From positions 1 to 64,000 of the forward strand of contig JYFJ02001187.1 of the NCBI GenBank assembly GCA_000934665.2: a DNA stretch of 64,000 nt, in the 5' to 3' direction. The position numbers were made by a program, and so were the translations under genes. Under the pieces are notes generated by a model that searched no databases, was not told the DNA's origin, and worked only from the letters and a program-made list of their open reading frames with translations. This document shows positions 26,577 through 38,500 of this stretch, piece after piece. The DNA comes from Catajapyx aquilonaris (taxonomy: Eukaryota). Position 1 is the stretch's first letter; each line of letters starts with the position of its first letter.

Positions 26577-29500
26577 CTGGGTAGTGCGTTCACCCTCTTG
26601 GGGTATATTGCATGGATCTTTATTATTATACAGTGTACAATGTACAAAGGATCCTATCTGCTTGGCACCCTGGTCCAAGGGGGTGGGAGGGGATGTGTGA
26701 GGTGCAGTGCAATGTCGTTGCTATGGTCATTTTGAGAACTCCCCTGGGTGGTTAGTCTAGCAGAAATCCCACCCGAAACCCAATTCTGCGCGAGATGAAG
26801 GGGGGAATGCCCGGGCTTGGGATCGAACCCAGGACCCTTACATACGTGGGCGCATACAATACCACAGCACCACTCCGCCTCCCCACAATTGGAATAATAA
26901 GATTACCTCAAAATTCTGGAATGGCCCTTTCAGGCTTACATCGAGTGTGGATATCAATAGCTACGAGATTTGACTGTAAAAATATTAATATGCACCCACC
27001 CTCATGATTTTCTGTCCTGCTGGATATTGGCCCTTGCTCAATTGAGGCAGTCAATCACAGATTCCAAGTTCTGAAGTGATTTCTTTTGTGTCGCAGGTGC
27101 TTGTGTGAATTGGCCTCCCAAGTGGGATTTGTTGATCAAGCCCAACAATCGTTTGAACTGGAACAGCAGCTGTGCTTCTTCAGGCATGTGGTCAGTGGCA
27201 CTTCTTTTATTTATTGTGTCAATGAGCATTTATATTAATGTTCTGAGATACATTTAGATGATATTTTTAAAATACTTATTTTATCAAATGTACTGGTAGT
27301 AATATAAAATATTATTTGCAACTACTGTGTGTTCCAGGCTGTGGCATGCCAAAATATTCACTAACTGAAAAAACTTCTCAAGTGGAACACACTGTATACA
27401 AACGAACCATTCCATAATTAATTATATGGTCAATATTTGTCAATAGTCCAAATCTTTTCCACTGAAGGTGCTTTAATTGCCTCAATAGTACTGGATTGTG
27501 ACAAGGTTGATTGCACCACTAATTTTCCCCAACAGCCCGATACAGTGAAACGTGACAAGTACACACGAAGTCTCCAATGCTCCAAGCTCAAAATGCCCTT
27601 CCCTCATATGGTTAATGTGGTGGTGAAGGAGAAGACAAGCAGGACAACACAATTGATGTCCCAGGGAACATGTGACTTGGTTCTTGATTCATGCACTGAT
27701 TTCTGGGATGGGCAAGACCTATGTCCCTTGACTGACTCTGAACGAAAGAAGATAATGGATTTCTATCACAGGACAAGCCTCACAGCCTATTGTACAACAT
27801 TTGCATACCGCCCACTTGACTGCACCATCGACAAAAAGTTGTCTCATATGTATTTTGAGATTCCTCCAGATAGCAGTCGACTTTATAGTCGCTTTCGTTG
27901 CCGCAGTATGCTGAGAGGCAACTCTGAAGAAGATACCACTAGCACACTGATTAAAAATCAGTACCAGTCAGCAGGTAAGTCATTTGTTAGTGAGGCAATT
28001 AAAATTTTTTACTGACCTGATACATTTCAGACTCTCTACTGAAAACTGAATCTGACGAAGAAGTGGTGGATGACATTGAGGGTTGCTTTAGAGTCCAGTG
28101 CAACCAAATATTTATAGGGATGGTCACCATGCAGTATCAGGCCCGCATGGATATGGTACTAGGAAACTTTTAATGCAGCCACTTTTAAAATGAAAGCCGT
28201 ATTTCTTTACAGGTGCAGCTTATAGAGCAGCTGGATAGAGCTTGCATCCGATTTGTTCACTTTAGCAAAGAACACGAGCTCCGGTCTCGAGTGTTCTCTG
28301 AAAAGATGGGCCTGGAAAGTGGGTGGAACTGCCACGTTTCCCTTCTCAGTGAGGTTGTAAGACATGATGGCACAGATTCAGCAGCTGCCATAGCAGTCAA
28401 TGCCTGTGATGCTACGCCCAATCATGGCACTCCAGGCCTCATTTCCCAGATGTGGCACTGGCCTTGGTCAGTGCGCAACCTGTGGAGAGATAGGTGGAGT
28501 AGTTTGATGCGACACAGGTAAGCAAGTACCAGAGAAATTACTCAAGTTGTAATTGTTTGTGCTTGTAGAGGGTGAGTCTTTTAAGATGCAACATATAGGG
28601 TGGTTGGAAAGCAGCACATTTCCTGTTATACCTAGGTTCCTGGTTTTCTAATACGACGTTACCGTAGTTAATTTTGGCTCCATTATGGAGATAATAGCAT
28701 GTTATGTTACTCATGCATGTAATGTGGGTCATCATATGGATTATGCCAACCTACAACCTACCTTGCCCCAGGGGTCATCTGATGCACAGGATGACCCCCA
28801 TTTACATTTGTAAATATAACATGTGATTGTGTAATAGATCTCTCTTTTGTTAACCTTTTGCATAATAGATAATGACAAATGTCATTAGTTTCCTTTTCTC
28901 CCTCGATAAACCAGAGTAAGCCTAGTATCAGATTATAATTATATGGTTGGTGGTCCTTTGTAGTGGACCTACCTCACCTCCAGCCACTACCATAGTGCTG
29001 CAGCTTATCAGTTGACTAACTGTGTTGCTATTGCAGAATCAATCTGGAGAGTACACATCCCCTGAGTGCATCAGCTCCAAGCAACATTGACCCTGAATGT
29101 CAACTTGCAGGCAGTGAGTTGAACTCTTCGTGTAGCAATCCACCTCAAGAAGAAGAATTGCAGCGTGTCTGTCCGCAGAAGGTGGTCGAAAATTTTGATC
29201 AGTGCAATGACAATGAGCCTGTCAATCAAGAAAGTCTTCCTGATGCCCTGTCATGCTCTTCTTCATGCCATACTGAGAGTTCGGAGCAAAGTGCACCCGT
29301 TAACTTTGACACATCAAATCGGGTACGTGGAAAGAGGAAACTCAATGCTTCTGGCAATTTGTCACACTTAATAGGCAGGGATGGTGGTTTCATGTGTTCA
29401 TTGTGGATGTTGTTAGCTTATTAAGAACTTTTTTATTTTTTAAGCCTACTTTTGTGTTTGTGCCGCTTTGTTGTTGTCTCTTCTTTTTGTGCCTGTTTAT

Positions 29501-32500
29501 TTCTTGTTGAAACCACAGGGAGGACACATGTGGTGATATTGTCTAGAGTGTGAGTGTGAAAGCTCTGAGATGTTGTTGGAATATGAGTTGAAAATGCAAT
29601 ACTGACACTGGCAAGAATACTGGAGTGAAGGGTATGACCATAATTATTGTTGTAAGATGGAAATAAATGTTCGGCTAGTGTTTTAACCAGAATGGGATGT
29701 CACGTAACAAATGGAAACTGTACGCATTTAGAAAGAAAATGTTCATATTTTAGCACATAAAAAATGCCTTACTGCAATTGCGAAATTGTGACCTGACTTG
29801 ATTATGGATGAAATATACGGCCATGGTATCATTATGTTATGGAGAAATCATCCATAAAATTAGGATTACTGGGGAGGGTCAAAGTATAAAATTCATTACT
29901 TTTCATAGGGGGTATGTGGCAGCCATGCAAAGTGTAGGTCCATTTTGTTACAAGAAGAATTAATTTCTGAACCATTCACAGGTTGAGAAAATATGCTAAT
30001 AGGGCATTTTCATGCTTATAGTGCTCAGAAATAATTTCCAACATGATGACCACTAACAGTGTATGCCTGTGAAGAGCTCAGGTTTAGCTGCTGCATGAGA
30101 CAGGTTTTAATAGGAAGCACTTTTACATGTCACCGATTGTGCTTTTTCCCCAGTAAGGAAAGTTTATAGCCTAATTTGATTTTTCATCACTTTCTTTCCT
30201 CCAAGTTTTCTGTAGTTAGTTTTTATTAAGCTTGTGTGAAATTAAGGGTTGTTAATTTATTTTTTAAGTTTTGATCTTTTTCTGATGGGATTTTGTATCT
30301 GTGGTATGTTTGTGGAAGTTCTGTATTGGAATCTATGGTTCTTGCTAATATTCTTGTGCATCAATTGGTATTGTAGACTACAGATCTATTAGCAGTACTT
30401 TTTGCATGATTGATGGAGCATTGTGAGCAAGTGATATCTGTGAAAGTGTTATTCATGGGAATGATGTTTTTCTGACGAGAAGCCTGTGGTTGTGCATGCG
30501 GATGACAAGTTGTGGTTGTAACTTCTAGTACTTATTTACAAACACATATCCTTGATTTATTACTCTTCCTACTATTCCTACACCTTGGGAGGGTTAGTCT
30601 TCCAGGATGGCTCCAGTGGAGGAACTAGAAAGATAAGAGGGAGAATGGCAGGTAGAGAGACTGAAATTAGAGGTTTCTGAACAAACATACGAGCAAAGGA
30701 TCTTTTCCAGGATTGTGAATTTTTTGCTGCCTACGATAATTTGTCATTGAAGTTGTTCCAAATAATAGATGAAAAATAAAGCTCGCTTTTTAACCCTGGA
30801 ACCGTGCCATGGGGTCTTTTTGGACCCCAAGGAAAAAAATGCATTAAAATGATAATTACAATGAACTTTTGCCATTTTTTTTTTTACAGTATATAACAGG
30901 AAGTGCAGGTTGATTTTGAATTAGCGATCCTTTTAGGCATTGTTCAAAGTATGATTGTGTATAGTCAATACATTGAAAAGTATCAATACTTTTCAATGTA
31001 TTGACTATATACAATCATATAATTATATAATAATTACTAAAAATTAAAATATGGTGGGGTCTGAAAAGACCCCACGGCACGGCTGCCGTAATACTCGCAG
31101 GCACGGCATGGTTCCAGGGTTATATCTGCTGTTTGAGTAGTCAAAACCTGGGCTTAAAAGTTGAGAATTTGCAATTTTTGCGCATTTTTAATTGCCATGG
31201 AGGGTGCTAGGAATTCTCCAGAATTTTGATTTTAATTTTATGACGATGATTGATGATTGCCAAATTTTTGAGTTGCTTATTGCGCACTGAATCTTTTATT
31301 TAATAAAATAACTTCTATTGAACACTGGCAACACTGCAAATTTGGTACCGGTATTACAATGGGGAATTGTGCACTCACATTTTAAATTTAATTTAAGTGA
31401 TTGTATCTGAAAAATATTTCGACTCCCAAGAATTGGCCATCATGTACCATTGTCATAAAAATTAAAGTTAAAATTCTTCCAGGTGCCTAACACCCTGTTG
31501 CCATCTTAAATACGAAAAAATTGCAATGTCTCTAACTTTTCAGACCATAGATATTTAAAAACTGCACTTTTTGACGTGAATACGTCTTTAAAGTCGGGTC
31601 CATATAGAGGGGGGGCATGCAGGCAAACTCGAGCGTTACAGAAAAGAGTTACAGTCTATTATATCCGAGTCTACTATATCCGAAGTGGCGTGTGAGTGTT
31701 ATAGTCAGGACCCTGCCATGGGGCCCATGGCAGGGGCATGCAGGGAAATTCTAAGAGGGTCACCATGCAGGCCCGGTTCTGGGTTTCCGGCGCCCCCCAG
31801 CAGCCTGAATTTTGGCGCCCTCGGGGGGGGGGGGGGGGGGGGNGGGGGGGGGGAAGGAAGCCCGCCACAGGCAGAAAATTTTTGGGGTTCAAGGTCACAA
31901 GAGCTTAGGTGAATGCAGTGCTCCACGCCCGGGGCGCCGCCCCTTTTCTTCGGCGCCCCCCTGCCATGCATAGCCTGCTAACCGCGTCGCGCCGGCCCTG
32001 TCACCATGAATGTGTCCAGACTTCAATACTGATAATAAGCAATCAATTCACTCCCCCCCAATACTGACCCGATTTTAAAGACGTATTCACATCAAAAGCT
32101 GCGGCTTGTGTTCCTGACGCAACCTAATTTTATTTTTTATCTAATATTATTAGGAACAACTTGCAAGAAAAATAATCGTGGGCGACCTTTAGATATTTTG
32201 TGGAAGGGATATTTTGAATTATACAGCATGATTCAAAATATTTGTGTGATTGCTGTTGCGATTTTTTCACAATAAGCTGATATAATCTTTTAAGCAGTTA
32301 TCTGTTGTTATTATTAATGGCTATAAAATTAATAGCTGCTAATATCAGGCCTAGATGGATCATATGTTCAAGCTCTGAATTCAATAAATTTCTAATTTGG
32401 GGAGGTGTGGTGGCAGAGATGGTGACGTCTCAGCTTGCTGAGTGAAAGGTCCCAGGTTCGATCCCCACCTTGGAGCTCCTTTCACCTGCGTCAGGAGGGT

Positions 32501-35500
32501 CTCTGACCCGTGCCTTGGAGGTGCCTGGCAACCTAACCTCATGGGGGACTGCACATGACCCCTTTACAGACATTGCGCTTGCACCCATGTTCCCTCCCCA
32601 AAATCTCTATCCTTACCCAATGTCCTTGATTCCCTGCACTGGAGTTCAAAGAAAAAAATGGAAATATGTTGGTAGTCCACCCCCCAACATTCACACTGTC
32701 TCATGGGTTACAACCTAAAAATTAAAAATTAAATCTAATTTTAAAATGGCTCATTGAAATAATTGGGTGGAATTTTCGTCCCACTACTAATACCTTAGCA
32801 GTACCATTGTACTGCACTGGTACTGCTAAGGTATTAGTAATGGGTTGAAAATTCCACCCATTGGCATCAAACGTGAATCCATATTTGCAGGCTTTATTTT
32901 TTAAACAATTGGTAGCCTACACACAATGCAATATTAGTAGCTAATACTTTTGATAACCACTAAAAATAACTAGATTACTGAATGAAAAACAGCTTAGCCT
33001 GGAAAAACCCAACAGCAATCAGGCAAGTTTTTTGTATCACCCTGTATACAGTATAGAGAGTAGTGTTGTTGTTGTAACCACATTTCAGAAGTAATTGCCA
33101 ATTTTCTGTAAATTTTTATAAAATAATATCCCTCAAAAATCAACATAGCTACACGATAGTGCCACAGTCCGTCAGGTAATATTACCACCAAACCTATTCC
33201 TTTGTCATTTGGTGTGCTCGTTTGACAAAAAATTTCTCCACGTTGAGAAGGAAGTGAAGGTTACTTGCTGCAAGGTTCGCATGGACTGGATGCTCAAAGC
33301 TTCAGTACTTGAACTGCTCAAAACTTGAGTAATGCCTGTGTAAGGATTGCATTTGCAGTTAGGCCTAGTCATGCATCCTTCTGCAGCAATTGTAGTGGAA
33401 CGTTGGTGAGCATCCTCTAAATAGTCCAGACCATGGCCCTCTCTCTTACAATATACAAATAAGTGTTTGCAATAATATTTTGCCGAGTACTTGCAGTATG
33501 TGAAGGTGCCAGTCCATATCTTCCTGCTGAGAGTACTCTTATTTGATCCATTGTTGTCTTTAATTGCAGGCGAAGCTACCACGTGGTATAGAAAACATCC
33601 GTCCTCACCTAGAGCAGGTGGATAATGTACCTCTTTTGGTTTCCCTCTTCACTGACTGCACTCCAGAAGCCACTAGAGAGATGGTTCACATAATGCAAGA
33701 TTACGGGGAGGTAGTGTGCATTGTAGGTTCATCTGCTAATGCCCGAAATGCAGGTATCTTTATGCAAGCTGATGCAAGGTTAGACAATTATCTGTGCTTT
33801 TGTGACGATGTTATCCTATAATGTTGATATCATAATAGCTTGGCAGTGGAGCCTTTGTATCCTCAAGTGTGCCAGCGTGTTCCAGTGTATGTGGCTCCTT
33901 CACCCGAAAATGGGCCATCCCCAGTTGAAGTGGGACGGAGTCTCAGTGCACTTCCATGTTCTCTGAGCTTTCGGAGGGATGAGAAGATTTCTATTTTTCA
34001 CCTTATATTAGAGGTAACAGTGATGTTTGCATTAACAGAGACTGAGGCATCATTAATTATTTTTTTAAATTTTCAGTCTCGCCATTACATGCAATGTGTA
34101 TGGAATTGCCTTCAATTTTGGTTGTGCTGCGGTTTATCCATTTCTTTACTGCAGGTTTTAGCTGCTTTTTTTCTACTTCCCCCTATGCTGTCGACAGGTG
34201 GGTCAAATATTATCATTATCTCAAGAACTGAAGTATGTAAATTGGTAGCATAAAGGTCTAAAGATTGTTAAATTATTTTTTAAACTCCTATTAGTATTTT
34301 GCCCTATATCGTAAGTAAAGGGTGATGTTTCAAGGTTGACTGAAACCTATCCTCCGATATGTTGAAAAATATTGAACATGCTTTAAAATATGATTATCAT
34401 TTTCAATACTTCATTTCTGTAACTTGACAATTTTGTTAGCTGAAAGGTACAACATTGTCTCATACACTTACCAACATTAGGCCATCCCTCCATATACAGG
34501 GTGTTTCTTACTAGTGGGTCATGGAACTATGCATAATCATTGGCCCAAAATGAGTCAAAAATGTATGGGGAAGAAATGTTGAGACACATTTCCCATTCAC
34601 CTGCTCTCTCTTCAAAAAGTTGTGGTGCATATGTTGCCGCCTGTGTCTAGGGGCAGGCCAACCAACACGTCTGGTTGTCTACCTCATTACCAGTTGATCC
34701 CTAGACATTTCTCACCCCTATATTCTTCACTGGTTTTTTGCGCCAATGATTACACTGCTGGCAGATGACCCACTTCTAAAAAACTCCACATATAATATCA
34801 AGTATGATGGTATTTTCAAAGCATTGACAACAATTGAAGCATTTTCAGCTTGTCCTCTTGTTTAGATATTTTGAGGTCATCATTTCAAAAAATACATGTT
34901 GTCTTGAGCCCGTAGACTTCACAAGTAAAACACTCCAAATGCATGTGCCACTGCATATTTTGAACATGTTGACAAAATGCATCCCCTGATAATTTTTTTG
35001 CTAGCTACAAGTGTGGAATAGCTAGCCCACCCACATGTTTCCTTGTGTTCTGAATGTCTGAAATGCACATCTGATAATTCGGAACTATTGCAGGTGATAT
35101 TATTTGGCTGGCCTTAGTGGTAGTCCCAATGCTATCAATTTCCTTGGTGGGCACACCAACTGACTACCAAGTCATGACTCGGGCCACAGGAAAGAATCAG
35201 TGCCACTTTAACAGGCAGGTCAGTAATACTGTCTGGTAAGTGGCTAGATAATCATAATAAAGCTCTACTTTTTTTCTCTAGCTCCTATCATTTGCTCTAT
35301 GGTGCTACGGTCTCAAGTTTCTGCCAGCCGTTATGCTCGTGCTCATGAATTATGGGCTTCTTCTGGCTAGCTTCTGCTGGGTGGCAGCAGAAGAGAGGAA
35401 TTCAACGTGTGAGCTGGTATACATGAAAAGCATGGTGGAAGAGCCGTGGTCAGGATGGGGAACACATCTGCATTCTACTTGGCGACTTGGGCAGCAGTTA

Positions 35501-38500
35501 GCAGTAGTGTTTCTGGTGATGTGTTTAGGTGCGTGACATGAACAACTACTGTATTACCTCTCATAAAGCGGCATGCTGGTATTAAACGAGGTCGACCAGC
35601 ATGCCGGAATAACCAGGGAGTAGCCTGCATGCCGCAATAACCGAGGTAGATTTCTGTAATTTTGATCCTTATTGACAATTTTTTTGGAAAGCTTCTGGTA
35701 CCGTACTATATAATCAATGTTACAATGAAAATGGGTGAGTGTACAGGCTGTGAGAATATGCAAGTTTTGTTGCACAGTGCATTAAAAAATGTAGATTGTG
35801 TGACCAATGTCATCGTCAGCCTGCTTTTAAATAGAGATTATCGCCAGACACTGCAATTGAAAACAAAATATTCGGAAAATGTGCCTCTTGGAAAGCATTA
35901 TGTGAATTTCGATTTTCAGGCAAAGTCAGGTTCGGAAAGGATAATGTAACTTATGTGAAACCCTCGCCTTATACCGGCATGTCGGTGTAGCCACCAGATC
36001 ATGCATTTCTAAAAAGTGTCCGACCTCGACTACACCGGCATGCTGCTTTATGAGAGGCAATACGGTATGTGTCTCCCAGTGAAATTTTGTGGCTGGCAGA
36101 ACCAACATAACACGGCAGATATAATAGCTATCACCTCTTAGGGTTCCCTACACTTAGGTTGGCCAGAAAGAATTATGTTGTGTATATTTAAAATTACATT
36201 AGAAATCTTTATACTATTCAAGCAGTGTGGAATGATTTTAAGGAAAGTATATCCATCAGACAGTAGTTAAATTGCAGAAGCCCAGAATGTCATTAATTAA
36301 TAATGTCTGCCGCTGGTAGTAGATTTCTGGCAGGGGAGGAGTTGCATTTAGATGCTGGACTTCTTATCCCACACACCCTTAACCTGTGCCATGCAGTTCC
36401 CAGTACACAAGTGGCTTCCCTACTTCCTGCATCTGAATGACAGCCTACTGGAATTCTTTTGGAGAACTGCTCTTGGGAGGAATAGGACGAGTAGGTCTGG
36501 TGGGAGGGAGAGATTTGGGGTGGTGGGTCCAAGGTCTCTATGACTGAACTGTGGGATTTAACAAATGATACCTGGAAATTTTTGAATTGAAGGAATATTG
36601 ATTTAAAGATTCTACATCATTACAAAGCTTTTCTATTGGCTCTAGAGCTTGCAATACTCTGAATTGCTATTCTGATGATTGTAAAAGGAACTGGTGTTTT
36701 CATTTCATGGCAAGGTGGGGCAGAATGTAAAAACCAGGTAAAAAGTGTATTTTTTCCCCCCCCCTACCAAAGTACTGTATGTTTCAAAAGTTAGCACACA
36801 TCCAAATTTGCAAATTCTCATGGACACTCATTTCCAGTTACTCCTATCACTTTAGCTGCAAGGGTATGCAAGGGCTGCAAGAGTAATATACACCATTGGC
36901 AACCAATGGGCTTTCTAATGGTATATCTAGACATATACAGTAAAGCCACATTTACATGTGAACGATTTGATCAGTGATGTTGCATCAATGACATCACTGA
37001 GCGAAAGTAACCGTCATGGTAAGAATATACTTTTGCCCCAAACAATTGGTCCCATCGCTGCAACATCGCTGATCAAATTGCTCACTTGTAAACGCGGCTC
37101 AATAAAAATTCAGTCGATCATGGAATGAAATATTTTTCATGTCACAGTCAGTGCTTCAGTCCAATCATAGTGTATTGTATGCACTTTTTGACAAATTATA
37201 CGAAATATTGACTTTGATAAGGGTCTTGCAAAAAAAATCATTTTTCTAGAATATTGTAACTCTCTTCACAAACATGAAGTTATAAAGATCTCGCCACCTT
37301 TGCCCACAAAAATGTTGGCACTGGGTGATAACTGAACGATGTCCATTGACCTCACCATGAAAAAGTATTTACCCATTTCTCCCCTTAATGGAGACAAATA
37401 CACATCTCAATGTGAGCTGCTTTGGTATAATATTAGACAATAGGGCAGTGCAGTGGTTCAGTAGTTACGCCACGTAGCCTTCCACCTATGAGGCCAAGTT
37501 TGATGCCCATGTCAGACAGAGACTTTCTCATGTAGAAGGAATTCAATGGGTTCTCTCCATAGTCTGTGTGGGTTTTCTTGGAGTTCTCCCATTCTTCCTG
37601 CAGTAAAAATTCATAAGCTGCACAGAGATTAATGAAGTCTTGCATTTAAAGTGGATTCCCAAAAAGGCCACAAGCCCTATCCCAGGGTAACCAATTATAA
37701 TTATTATACCTAGACCAGAGGTTCCCAAACTTTTTGAGTCGCGGAGCACTTGTCAGGAGAGATATTCGTGATGGAGCACTAACACCATCGAGCAGCGTAC
37801 GCAGAAAAAAATTCTGGGGTGGAGGGGCAGTGCCAAATTAGTAAATGGGAAGGTGCGGGGCGAAAGAGCGGCACAGGTGAAATTTTTTTGGGTTCAAGGT
37901 CACACAAGCTACTGAGAGATTTGAATGGGCATAGCTTATTGAAGAATTCCTTTTTTCCCCAACCTCTTCACGGTGCACTTGGAGAAGCTTCGTGGAGCAC
38001 AGTTTGGGAAACTCTGACCTAGACAATCTTGGGCTATTAATTGAGGTATGCTTACACTAGAGTTTTTTTTTTTTTTTTTTTTATTTGTTTCTTCGGAGCT
38101 GTGATGCTTAGATAACAGCTCTTTGTGATTCGTTGCTTACCTGAACATATCTGTCTATTAAGTGCCCTGCTCTACTTCCTAAGGCTGCTCCCACACATTT
38201 AAGGCAGTGGGTGGGAGTTCCCAGCTGAACAGGATATGCACATTTCTTGTAATGGAATGCCAACAAACAGGCATAAGTGAGCCTACCCATTCTTTTCTAG
38301 TGACCATATCATCTTCCTTCATACATCGCCATCATTTATTGTGGCAGCGAAACCCCCTCAAAAATCGTCTTTGGGCAGTGGCATCCCCCACTATGTGCGT
38401 ATTCCAAGAAATATTGAAATATTAATGTAGCATTGGCCATCAAATTACAATGCAGGTTTTTAAAATTGTTATTGGCAGAATCTTCCTTCAGACATCATAT

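Larger units (their letters stand above)
30696..32212. mobile_element. Old long-TIR element (possibly Kolobok-like) hosting three nested MITEs
   Basis: 30732-30780 is the reverse complement of 32130-32180, and 31150-31250 of 31450-31545. Terminus AAAGG(G)ATC..TTCCAGGA also seen near 12185-12203 and 17281-17302. Superfamily assignment is tentative. Confidence 0.55.

Noticed and set aside
26430..26735. Poly-Asn / poly-Ile ORFs
   Set aside because: Translation of the (AAT)n SINE tail.
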